DNA from: Halomicronema hongdechloris C2206
Lineage (GTDB): Bacteria > Cyanobacteriota > Cyanobacteriia > Phormidesmidales > Phormidesmidaceae
DNA: 32,000 nt
Reading direction: 5' to 3'
Assembly (NCBI RefSeq): GCF_002075285.3
Contig: NZ_CP021983.2
Coordinates: 1,560,001 to 1,592,000 of the forward strand
Made by a program: the position numbers and the translations under genes. A model generated the notes under the pieces. The model worked only from the letters and a program-made list of their open reading frames with translations, was not told the DNA's origin and searched no databases. Shown in pieces: positions 1 through 8,521 of the stretch (positions are counted from its first letter, which is position 1; each line of letters starts with the position of its first letter).

Positions 1-60
1 CTCCACGCGTGGACTGAAATCCACATAAAGGATATGTGTCATTTTAATGATGGGTAGTTT

Positions 61-200
61 AATTCAACTCAATGACGCGATCGCACTAGCGCAACCGTAA
101 GAATGGCACTAACGATTACAACCCTACGTCTTCTCATATCTCAGTATCCAGAAGAGTTTGATGCGGTTATTGCAAAGTCTTCTGTTTTTTCAGCAAATTC
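61..200 (-). repeat. Copy A of a conserved non-coding leader (partner at 5247-5386), between the AraC gene and a gene that starts at about 42 on the minus strand
   Basis: Aligns without gaps to 5247-5386 at a fixed offset of 5186. My manual count gives 6 mismatches in the 98 nt at 61-158 and 14 in the next 54 nt. Confidence 0.8.
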
Positions 201-212
201 TTACTGATTTTT

Positions 213-1790
213 GTAATTAGTCACCGCAACAAGACGAGGCTATTGCGAATAAGGCAAAAGTCTGTAGAGTAAGGGATATGACGATACACCCCTCCTCAGA
301 ATTGAACCGCTCGGAGATCGACCCTGAAGAACAGGGGGCGAGGTATTGGTACGAGCGCTATTGCGAGCAACGAGCAGAGACCGAACGCCTTAAGGAACGG
401 GTGAAAGCGTTAGAGGAGCAATTTGAGCGTCTCAATGAGAAACTTAGGAAGCTGAGTGAACGAACCAGTGAGACGAGTTCACAGCCACCGTCTTCAGATG
501 GCCCCAAGAAACCGAACCGGGACCCGCAAAAGCCCCAACGAAAACGAGGCCCCAAATACAACCACCCTGGCAAGACCCGCAATGGCTTTGGCTAGATTAA
601 CCACGCCGAGTTGCTCGAGGTGCAACGCTGTCCGATTTGCGGGGGTAGCGTGGAGCGCCAACTCCAGGGAACCAAACGACAGCAAGTCGCCGAACTGGTG
701 CCGGATCTCGTCGAGGTTTGGGAGTACGAGCGCCCCTTGTATCGGTGTCCGGCCTGCAGGTGGCAGGGCTATCAGGACTTGCCGCTGGGGTGCCGAGAAG
801 GGTTTAGCTATGGTGGACGGCTGAGTAGTGTAGTGGGCTGGTTGGGGTATGGGGGCACCCTATCCTGGTCAAAACAGCGTTATGTCGTCGAGAGCATCTT
901 CGGGATTCCGATGTCTCAGGGGAGCTTAGCCAAACTCCATCAGTGGTTTTGTGAGGCTCTGCAACCCGCGTACGAGCAGTGGTGGAGTTGGATTCAACAG
1001 CCTGGCGTGCGCTGTGTTGATGAGACCAGCTATCGCTTAAATGGCGTGAATCATTGGATTTGGATCGCCACCGCCCCGGAGTGCTGTGTGCTGTTCTTTG
1101 CCCCCACCCGGAGCTCAGCCGAGGTCAAGACCCTCTTGGGAGAGGACTTCTCAGGGGTCCTCAGCAGCGACTGCTGGTCGGCCTATGGACCGCAATCGGC
1201 AGTTGCCAAGCAGAAGTGTTGGGCGCACCTGGAAGGGGAACTCAAGGCGTTAGCCACCTCTCGCTTCTCAGAAAATCGGGAGTTTGCCCACCGCGTCTTC
1301 CCCATTATCCACACCGCTCGGCAAGCCCACCGGGACTACCATCAGGGGCGGCTAGTCGGGCTGAACTTCAAGCCCTCAGGCCCATTGTTGAAGCAGAATT
1401 AGCCGATGTGCTGGAGCATCCGCTTAAGGGGCGTTGGGCGGCTGATGCCCAAACATTGGCCAATCGATTTGGCAGACATTGGTCAGATTGGTTTACCTTT
1501 CTCTCCCAGCCTGAGGTAGACCCAGACAACAATGACGCAGAACGCGGTCTGCGGCCTGTAGTGATTCATCGCAAAGTCACCAGCGGTGCCCGCAGTGATT
1601 GGGGCGCTCAGCTTGTGGCCATGATGTTCAGTTTTCTCGAATCGATGCGCCGTCAAGGTGAAAATGCCGTAGACCGACTCTTTGAGCTCATCGCCTCGTC
1701 GGGATGCTCACCTCCCGCTTTGTTACCAGGGTAAGTCTACAGCGTCAGAGGCTGTCTCATTAAGCCTCTACTATTGCGGTGACTAGTTAT
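213..1790 (+). mobile_element. IS66-family insertion sequence, decayed single-transposase type
   Basis: Terminal inverted repeats GTAATTAGTCACCGCAA (213-229) and TTGCGGTGACTAGTTAT (1774-1790) match at 15 of 17 positions. An 8-bp direct repeat TGATTTTT flanks the element at 205-212 and 1791-1798. A GTAA terminus and an 8-bp duplication are IS66-family traits. An uninterrupted paralogous site exists at 5391-5398. Confidence 0.85.
278..1734 (+). pseudogene. IS66-family transposase (TnpC-like), broken by an in-frame stop and a frameshift
   Basis: ORF 278-595 has a coiled-coil-like N-terminus and ends at TAG 593-595. The same frame resumes at 611-1402 and carries a CPICGG...CPAC zinc-finger motif. 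The C-terminus (DNNDAERGLRPVVIHRKVTSGARS...) continues in the 1054-1734 frame after a frame change near 1340-1400. Confidence 0.8.
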
Positions 1791-2689
1791 TGATTTTTTT
1801 GAAATGCTTTAGGTGTTACTCCGACTAATCGCTTGAAATGGTAATTCAAATGGCTTTGGTGAGAAAATCCAAGGTTATGGGCAATATCTGCAATTGCCAC
1901 TTCATGATCCCGTAACAGTTGCTTGGCGCAGTTGATTTTGCATTGAATAATATATCTATGAGGCGAAATTCCCATTGCTTGTTTAAACAAGGTGGCGAAA
2001 TAGTTAGGGCTTATTTGTACAATTTCTGCCAATTCAGCAAGCGATACATCTCGATCAAGATTATCGTGAATATAGTCAATGACTTTCCGGTTTTTCTGCC
2101 TTGATAAACTGCCAACACACTGATGTGACTTACCCTTTTTGGCAGTGTAATGGCTAAGAAGATGAGCAATCAGTGTCGTTGTTAGTGAGTCAAGATAAAA
2201 CTGTCCGTTTAGTTTCTCAGTTTCAATCTCTGTCTTGAGTGCTAATCCAATCCCATGAAGGAGCGGATCGAGACTGGAAAAGTGAGGAATGAGGTCAACT
2301 TCATCTGAGTCCGTCAATTCAAAAGCGCGATACCTAAACACAGTCGGATCAATACTGAGGAGAATGTAGCTATGCTCAGTGTGCCAGCAGGCTCGATTCC
2401 CAACATTTGCTGGGACAACAACAGCGTGACCTTCCCTCAGTTGATCGTGCTGTAAACGATTATCTAACGTCTGTTCATATTGGGTTAAGTCTGAAACCTG
2501 AGTATTGATGAGAATAAGATGCTGCTTGGGAGCGTGCTCAGGAACTTCATTAGCAGTATGTTGATAATATTCGAGATGAATCCCATTCCATTTGGCGTTG
2601 TGACTGGATAACAGAGGTTCAGTAGGCAAGAGTTGCTGCACTTCATTTTTTCTAGTGAAGTCAATCGTCAAGAATCTATCCTCAGACAC
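1787..2689 (-). CDS. AraC family transcriptional regulator
   Basis: A 300-aa ORF with a C-terminal double helix-turn-helix typical of AraC/XylS (LSLAELAEIVQISPNYFATLFKQAMGISPHRYIIQCKINCAKQLL...IADIAHNLGFSHQSHLNYHFKRLVGVTP). The gene is visibly AT-richer than the core genes. Confidence 0.9.
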   Translation of the reverse strand: MSEDRFLTIDFTRKNEVQQLLPTEPLLSSHNAKWNGIHLEYYQHTANEVPEHAPKQHLILINTQVSDLTQYEQTLDNRLQHDQLREGHAVVVPANVGNRACWHTEHSYILLSIDPTVFRYRAFELTDSDEVDLIPHFSSLDPLLHGIGLALKTEIETEKLNGQFYLDSLTTTLIAHLLSHYTAKKGKSHQCVGSLSRQKNRKVIDYIHDNLDRDVSLAELAEIVQISPNYFATLFKQAMGISPHRYIIQCKINCAKQLLRDHEVAIADIAHNLGFSHQSHLNYHFKRLVGVTPKAFQKNQ

Positions 2690-2756
2690 TTGTTTTTCTT
2701 CCCACTCGCTCTTAGCCCAATTATATAAGAAGAGCGGTCGGGGTCTACAGGATTCA

Positions 2757-3219
2757 CTATGCTAGAAGGCATGATAGATCGCCAAAAACCTTGCCAGGTA
2801 AAGCTTTCAGGAGCCGTCGCTTTTGAGTAGCATACTCAACCCGGTAGAGCCAGCGGTCGCCACTCACGGGTAACCCAAAGCAGCAACCTTTAGGTTACAA
2901 GCCTCACAGGTAACTCAGGAGAATCTATGCAAGCTGTGGGGGTGAAAAAGTGCTCTCGCATCTGTTGTTGAACCATCGCCTCCCACTCAGGTTCAGCGTG
3001 CGACCTTCTCCCAGTTTGTTGCCTCGCGGTTGTTGCGAGGGGCGCGCTTTCACCCAGTTGCTGATACTGCTGCCACCAGTCTGAAACAGTATTCCGATGG
3101 ACGCCGAGATAGGCGGCAATATCAACAAATCGTTTTCCTTGTTCTTGCAGGCGTATCGCTTGCTGGCGCAGATAGTTTTGGGTCGTTGGATTGAGAAGTC
3201 GGGCATCTGGTTTTTCCAT
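2757..3219 (-). pseudogene. IS630-like transposase remnant (N-terminal HTH part only)
   Basis: ORF 2890-3219 has a helix-turn-helix N-terminus (FVDIAAYLGVHRNTVSDWWQQYQQLGESA...TGRR). An in-frame TAA sits at 2890-2892, and the frame continues as RLLLWVTREW. A shifted frame reads VEYATQKRRLLKALPG. No DDE catalytic region follows before the AraC start. Confidence 0.55.
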
Positions 3220-3292
3220 CCCTTTTTGCTAGCGATTTCCCCTCTCACACTACATCCTCTCACTTTGCCGGGTTAATAGTACAAAGGGAAGC

Positions 3293-3424
3293 ATGAAGTG
3301 TCCTAGATGTTACTCAAGCAAAATTAGCAAAAATGGTCGCCACCGTGGTTATGCAAAGCGTTATAAGTGTCAAGAATGCGATCGCCAGTTTCTCGAGTCA
3401 TATACTTTGCAAGGCTATAGCGCT
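3293..3424 (+). pseudogene. IS1-family transposase fragment (InsA-like zinc-finger N-terminus)
   Basis: MKCPRCYSSKISKNGRHRGYAKRYKCQECDRQFLESYTLQGYS matches the CxxC...CxxC N-terminus of IS1-type transposases. The resemblance stops at about 3424 and the rest of ORF 3293-3580 reads through a palindromic repeat. Confidence 0.5.
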
Positions 3425-3460
3425 GGCAATATATTTTGGGCGCATCCCAATTTTGCAGAT

Positions 3461-3552
3461 GTCATTCTGAGTGTAGCGATAGCGGCACGAAGAATCTCGG
3501 CTGATAGCGTAGGATCGAGATCCTTCACGACACTTCGTTTCGTTCAGGATGG
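3461..3552. repeat. Small imperfect palindromic (MITE-like) element
   Basis: The left arm GTCATTCTGAGTGTAGCGATAGCGGCACGAAGAATCTC and the right arm GAGATCCTTCACGACACTTCGTTTCGTTCAGGATGG are imperfect reverse complements. Their ends (CATTCTGA / TCAGGATG) and inner parts (GAAGAATCTC / GAGATCCTTC) pair around a roughly 18-nt centre. Confidence 0.4.
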
Positions 3553-3654
3553 CAAAACTGGGATGCACTCTATATTTTAGATGCTTTATCTCTCTAGCTA
3601 CTTTTGATAACTGGTATGAAGTTCCTAGCCGCAGGTAGTGCAGTAGTAGAGCGC

Positions 3655-5205
3655 TCAATGCAGCGCAATCCGCTGCCAGGCACTGGAGCGCCAACGCCAG
3701 AACAGGGCTACTCCCACGGTGACGATGTAAACGAGGACTGCTGCCCAGCCGCCAAAAACCCCCAATCCGAATTGGGGCAGACAACTCACCCAACCTTGAC
3801 CAGGCGAAAACGAGAGCACGTGAGCTAGCGGGATGAATCCAAACCAAGAGATGCTGTTTGCAAGCACTGATGGCACCTTCACGTCGCCTGCTCCCTGCAA
3901 ACAGAAGATGCTACTGATGTATAGTGCATAAAATACCTGATATCCTATAGCAAACCATAGCATGGCAAATCCGAAGGTAAGCACCTGAGGTGCATGAGGG
4001 TCTGCTGGTGAGATAAATAGGGGAATCAACCAGCCTCTGGCTAGCAGCAACAGCACCCCGACTACCCCCATATAGATAACGGTAAGCCGGATAACTACAT
4101 TGCCTAGGTGCCTCGCCCAGCGCTTATCTCCAGCGCCGATAGACTGACCAACAAGGGTGGTTCCCGCTTGCCCAATTCCTATTGCCGGTAAGTAAGCTGT
4201 TGAGCTCAGCATCAAGACAATCTGGGTAGCTGCTCCCTCAGCTGTTCCCAGTTCGACCTGCATAATTTGGAACAGAGCCAGTCCCACCAAGTCGGCGACC
4301 ATAAAAAGTCCCACCGGAATTCCATAAGCGAATAGTTGTCGAATATCTTTCCATCGCGGCTGCCAAACCTGGAAAGGCTGGAAGTTGGCTCGTTCGGAGT
4401 AGCTGAGGAATACTGCAAACAAGATGAGGGCTCCCGCCATCAATGAGACCGTTGAAGCCCATCCTGCCCCTGCCATTCCTAACCCAAGCTGGAACATAAG
4501 CAGCTCGTTACCTGCCACGTTGAGCACCGCGATGCCAACAGCGCTCACTAAAGTCACTTGAGGACGTCCAATACCGTTGAAGAAACTCCAAAGCGCCCAA
4601 ATGCACACAAAAAATGGTCCACCTAGCAGGCGCGGGAACCAATACTCTAGCGCTAGCTGCTCGATGTTTGCTGCCAGATTAAAGGGAGCAAGAAGGCTGT
4701 AGCCTGCCGCAGCGATGAGGATAAATAGGGGAATGGTCAAAAGAGCACTCCAGCAGCCTGCCCAGACTGCTCTAGCTGCATGCGTTTTGCGTCCACCGCC
4801 AAAGGTTTGAGCGACGATAGTCTGGACGAATATCCCCACGCCACTTAAAAGCAGCAGGAACAAAAAGATTAACTGGTAAACTGCTCCCATGGCAGCAATA
4901 GCATCAGTAGAAATGCGTCCGGCGAACCAGGTGTCAGCGATGTTGAGGAACGCTTGGACACCGTTGCTTAAAAAAAGCGGGAGGGCTAGAACAATGACAG
5001 CGCGATGATCGAGCCGATGCCTGCCTCGGACATCAACCCTCGAGGCTGGTAGATCTGGCTGTAAGCGGGAGTTCGAGATTTCGAGTTCGGGGCTTCTACC
5101 CGTTCGGTCACCTGAAACGTCGAGTCGCTCTAGGCGCCACTTAAAATGCCAAGCCCTAGACAGCGCAGTCGAAACACTACGCATCAGTTTTGAGTAAGAT
5201 TTCAT
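3655..5205 (-). CDS. MATE family efflux transporter
   Basis: A polytopic membrane ORF with MATE-like repeated halves (LALPLFLSNGVQAFLNIADTWFAGRIS...; GIPVGLFMVADLVGLALFQIMQ...). I place the start at ATG 5203-5205, which has GAGGAA 6 nt upstream. The ORF track extends to a TTG at 5253. Confidence 0.85.
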   Translation of the reverse strand: MKSYSKLMRSVSTALSRAWHFKWRLERLDVSGDRTGRSPELEISNSRLQPDLPASRVDVRGRHRLDHRAVIVLALPLFLSNGVQAFLNIADTWFAGRISTDAIAAMGAVYQLIFLFLLLLSGVGIFVQTIVAQTFGGGRKTHAARAVWAGCWSALLTIPLFILIAAAGYSLLAPFNLAANIEQLALEYWFPRLLGGPFFVCIWALWSFFNGIGRPQVTLVSAVGIAVLNVAGNELLMFQLGLGMAGAGWASTVSLMAGALILFAVFLSYSERANFQPFQVWQPRWKDIRQLFAYGIPVGLFMVADLVGLALFQIMQVELGTAEGAATQIVLMLSSTAYLPAIGIGQAGTTLVGQSIGAGDKRWARHLGNVVIRLTVIYMGVVGVLLLLARGWLIPLFISPADPHAPQVLTFGFAMLWFAIGYQVFYALYISSIFCLQGAGDVKVPSVLANSISWFGFIPLAHVLSFSPGQGWVSCLPQFGLGVFGGWAAVLVYIVTVGVALFWRWRSSAWQRIALH

Positions 5206-5246
5206 TTCGATTTCCTCGGCAAGAAAACTGCCTATTATTGATAGGC

Positions 5247-5386
5247 AATTCAACTCAATGACGTGATCGCACTAGCGCAACCGTAAGAATGGCACGAACG
5301 ATTGCAACCCTACGTCTTCTCATTTCTCAGTATCAAGAATAGTTCTATGTAGAACTTGCAAAATCTTCCGAGTTTTTAGCAAATTT
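5247..5386 (-). repeat. Copy B of the conserved non-coding leader (partner at 61-200), directly upstream of the MATE gene
   Basis: Same gap-free alignment as copy A. The 98-nt block at 5247-5344 is about 94 percent identical to 61-158 by manual count. Confidence 0.8.
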
Positions 5387-5551
5387 TTACTGATTTTTTT
5401 GAAACACTTTCGGTGTTAACTCAACTAATCGCTTGAAGTGGTAGTTCAAATGGATTTGGTGAGAAAACTCAAGGTCATGAGCAACATCTGCGATTGCTAT
5501 TTCACGATCTCTTAGCAGTTGCTTGGCGCGGTTGATTTTGCATTGAATAAT
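5387..5551 (-). pseudogene. 3' fragment of a second AraC-family gene (last 54 codons), truncated by an IS insertion
   Basis: IIQCKINRAKQLLRDREIAIADVAHDLEFSHQIHLNYHFKRLVELTPKVFQKNQ parallels the C-terminus of the 1787-2689 protein. I count about 85 percent nucleotide identity over 153 nt. Homology ends abruptly at 5551/5552, next to the IS inverted repeat. Confidence 0.85.
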
Positions 5552-6781
5552 GTCACGACTTGGAAGGTTAATGATCCAAGTCAGAGCAGTAGTAGCAGAA
5601 TGCAGGCAATGCGTTCTGAGCCCACCGATGTGGCCATTCGTTGGAATCCCCCAAAGCATCCTGCAAGGCTTAAACGCCTATCGGTCAGTGTTTGTCCGAG
5701 ACGCCGGATTGGCTCATGTGAGCCGATATGTGACAGGCCTGTTGCTGAGTCCCTACAAGACGTTGCAAGGGATCTACAGTCAGTGGGTGTTTCCGGAGGG
5801 CGAGTCGGTCAGTCGGCGGGCGATGCATGAAGCGGTGTTTGAAGCGGGGTGGGACCGAGAGGCCTTGATGGTTCAGCATCGTCGTGCGGTGGCCCAACGG
5901 TATCAGGGGCAAGGGCGGCAGGTTATCAGCATTGACTGGACCTTTGCCCATCATGAGCGGTCATGTCGGATCTATGGCGTCAAGCGCAGCTTCGACTACG
6001 TGAGCAACCGGATGAGTCGCTATCAAACGGTGATGACGGCGGCACTCAGCAATCGGCAGACGGTGGATGGCCTGGTGGTTGAGGTGCAAGCCCCCAAGTA
6101 TGACGTGGAAGAAAAGGCGTATCTGGAGATGACGGCCCAGGAGAGTTATGAGGAAATGGCGCAAGTGCGCCAGCGGCTGGTGGAGTTACTGCACTATCAG
6201 AAAAACCGCCTGGCCTATCGCAAGCGCACGGAGATGGCGGTGGAGTTAGTCCGGCAAATCGAAGCCGAGGGCCAATTTCCGCAGGCCCACTATGCCTTCG
6301 ATAATGGCGTGCTCTGTCGCCTACTAAAGTGGTGCGTCTCAAGAAGTATGGGCGCAAACGCCTGGTCATCGTCCATGAGCAGGCCGACTTGAGCGACCCG
6401 CCTCGGGTTCTGCTCACTGATGCCCTGACCTGGGGAAGCGGACGGATTATCAATACCTGGAGTTATCGCTGGCCGATTGAGGTCTTTCACGAGTTTTGCA
6501 AGCAGGTGGCGGGCTTTGAGGCGGCTCAGCTGCGCAACGAGGAAGCGGTCAAACGCCACTTCTGCCTAAGTTGCGTCGCGCAGTCGCTCTTGCAGCAGGC
6601 CCCGGCTTTCGGTCAAACCTCGCAACGACTGAGCTTTGCTGATGACACTCAGCCAACTATCGGCCAGAAACACTACGGTCTGATGCGAGAAGCCTTCGAG
6701 CCCCTCTTGCACCTTATCAAGGCCTACTTTGACCAGGGGCGATCTGTCGCAGAGGTGTTGGAGGTGCTGATGCCGGCCTAA
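5550..6781 (+). pseudogene. IS701-like DDE transposase, frameshifted
   Basis: ORF 5550-6392 (YVTGLLLSPYKTLQGI..., ISIDWTFAHHE, AHYAFDNGVL) continues in ORF 6329-6781 (SYRWPIEVFHEFCKQ, an R-x3-E-x6-K signature) after a frame change at about 6305-6315. The ATG at 5550 straddles the junction and is probably not the native start; Met at 5628 is more likely. Confidence 0.7.
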
Positions 6782-6823
6782 ATTTTTCTCTGGTGAATAT
6801 TTTCCCTAACCTTCCAAGTCGTG
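5554..6823 (+). mobile_element. IS4-superfamily (IS701-like) insertion sequence
   Basis: Perfect 17-bp terminal inverted repeats: CACGACTTGGAAGGTTA at 5554-5570 and its reverse complement at 6807-6823. They enclose a DDE-type transposase. I found no flanking direct repeat. Confidence 0.75.
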
Positions 6824-6826
6824 TTA

Positions 6827-6842
6827 GGTAGCTTAAGCTACC
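6827..6842. repeat. Perfect 16-bp palindrome GGTAGCTTAAGCTACC
   Basis: Self-complementary by inspection. It lies 3 nt outside the right IS inverted repeat and about 70 nt downstream of the sigma-factor stop. No U-tract follows, so this is not a canonical terminator. Confidence 0.3.
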
Positions 6843-6912
6843 CAGTTTGGATACTATTGCTACAAACCTAGGGCTTAGGGATCGATATAGAGCGAGGGGC
6901 TCCCTATAGGCT

Positions 6913-8211
6913 TTACCCCAGGGCCTCCAGGTAGTCACGCACGCGGTTGCGACGCTTAGGCTGACGCAACTTTTGCAGTGCCTTCGACTCAATCTGCCGC
7001 ACCCGTTCCCGAGAGAGTTCCAGGGCTCGACCAATCTCGGCCAGAGAGTAGGGAATCCCGTCGCCTAAGCCAAAGCGCATGCGGATCACATCCTGCTCCC
7101 GGCTGGTGAGATCGGCCATCAGATGCTGCAGGTCCCGACGCAGGGCTTCCTGCATCAGTGTTTCTTCTGGGGTCGTTTCATCGGTCTCCAGCAAATCGCC
7201 TAGCTCAGTGTCCCGCTCCTTGCCGACTTTAGTTTCCAGGGAAACGGCTCGGGGTACCCGCAACAGCACTTCCCGCACCTGGGGAGCGGTCATGTCCAAC
7301 TCCCTGGCAATGTCATCGACGGTAGGAGTACGCCCCTTCTCCTGAGACAGCTTGCGCTGAGCCTTCTTAATCTTGTTCAGCTTCTCGGTGATATGCACCG
7401 GTAGGCGAATGGTGCGACTTTGGGTGGCAATGGCTCGGGTAATACCTTGGCGGATCCACCAGTAGGCGTAGGTGCTAAATCGATAGCCCTTAGTCGGGTC
7501 AAATTTTTCTACCGCCCGCTCTAGGCCCAAAGTCCCTTCTTGAATCAAATCCAGCAGCTCTAAGCCACGATTCTGATACTTCTTGGCCACTGAGACCACC
7601 AGTCGCAGATTGGCCTTGATCATGTGTTCCTTAGCCCGCAGTCCTTCTGTTAGGGCCGACTCGAGCTCAGCTACCGGCAAGTCTGCCAAGGCCGCCCAAC
7701 GGCGTTTACCCTCGGCCAGCAACCGCTTCAGTTCAGTCGGATCAGTCTCAGCCGCTTTGGCCCATCGTCCTAACGAAGGTCGATAGCCCAGATGAGATGT
7801 CAGCCGATCCCGCAGAGACATCAGATGGGTGTAGGCTTGCAGATCTCCTCCCTGGGTCTTGGCTGCCTGATCCCGTAGCTCTATCAGCTGCATGTAGCGC
7901 TGGACAAGCTGGGCCTCAGACACTTCTTCATCTCGCTGCAATAGGCGTACCCGTCCAATTTCCTGCAGGTACAGCCGCACCAAGTCAGTGGTCCGACGAG
8001 TTTGGCTGTGCAGGGAGGCTTCGGCTTCTAATTCCGCCAGATCAGCTGGGTCTTCAAGGTTGGAGGAATTGAGGCTAGCCGATTCATGGGCTGCCGTTTC
8101 AAAATCAAGCACCGATAGATCGGCTTTGTCATCATTGCTGAATGGGGGGGAAACTATCATGGCACTCTCTGCGTTGGCTTTAGGGACATGACGGGCGCTG
8201 TTGGCAACCAC
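6913..8211 (-). CDS. RNA polymerase sigma-70 family factor, group-2 type (SigC-like by length)
   Basis: Regions 2 to 4 are conserved: [78 protein letters not shown] and [29 protein letters not shown] associate the [14 protein letters not shown] and [11 protein letters not shown] variants with cyanobacterial group-2 sigmas, not SigA. The start is uncertain: GTG at 8211 or ATG at 8160. Confidence 0.9.
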   Translation of the reverse strand: MVANSARHVPKANAESAMIVSPPFSNDDKADLSVLDFETAAHESASLNSSNLEDPADLAELEAEASLHSQTRRTTDLVRLYLQEIGRVRLLQRDEEVSEAQLVQRYMQLIELRDQAAKTQGGDLQAYTHLMSLRDRLTSHLGYRPSLGRWAKAAETDPTELKRLLAEGKRRWAALADLPVAELESALTEGLRAKEHMIKANLRLVVSVAKKYQNRGLELLDLIQEGTLGLERAVEKFDPTKGYRFSTYAYWWIRQGITRAIATQSRTIRLPVHITEKLNKIKKAQRKLSQEKGRTPTVDDIARELDMTAPQVREVLLRVPRAVSLETKVGKERDTELGDLLETDETTPEETLMQEALRRDLQHLMADLTSREQDVIRMRFGLGDGIPYSLAEIGRALELSRERVRQIESKALQKLRQPKRRNRVRDYLEALG

Positions 8212-8484
8212 TCTAGTGGTAGTATGCCCAGGTTAATCAGACCCCCGAACACCTCGGTGGGTTCCGGTTCGCAATCCTTAACCCAGCTCAGTCAGGGATT
8301 GAAGTCTCCCTGAGTGTATAGAGGGACGATGGCTCGGGGGGTGATATGGGTCATGGATTGATTCAATCTTCATCACCTTGACCCCAGATTTCGGACGATT
8401 TTTGAATATCTTTGCGATGAAACGATGGCATTGACCCCCTTGCCGTGGACACTCTGCTGCCAGAGAGGGGCCCATAGCTAGGGT

Positions 8485-8520
8485 CGAGACGAATGAGACG
8501 AACGAGACGAACGAGACCGA
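8485..8520. repeat. 9-bp tandem repeat, 4 units (CGAGACGAA consensus)
   Basis: Reads CGAGACGAA TGAGACGAA CGAGACGAA CGAGACCGA. It ends 1 nt before the SNF2 stop codon at 8522-8524. Confidence 0.8.
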
Positions 8521-8521
8521 T

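Noticed and set aside
1054-1734. A 226-aa ORF as an independent gene
   Set aside because: Only its last ~115 codons look like real protein, and they form the C-terminus of the IS66-type transposase. The upstream part is an out-of-frame overlap with 611-1402.
3398-3847. A 149-aa minus-strand ORF and a 74-aa plus-strand ORF around the 3' end of the MATE gene
   Set aside because: They overlap the MATE C-terminus out of frame and read through the palindromic element. The sequence is not protein-like.
6046-6559. Minus-strand ORFs of 135 and 89 aa inside the IS701-like element
   Set aside because: They run antisense to the transposase coding sequence, have Pro/Arg/Gly-rich composition and show no motif.
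213-6823. A composite transposon carrying the AraC and MATE genes between two IS elements
   Set aside because: The two bounding elements belong to different families (IS66 and IS701-like). Both transposases are inactivated. The IS66 has its own 8-bp target duplication, which indicates a simple insertion.
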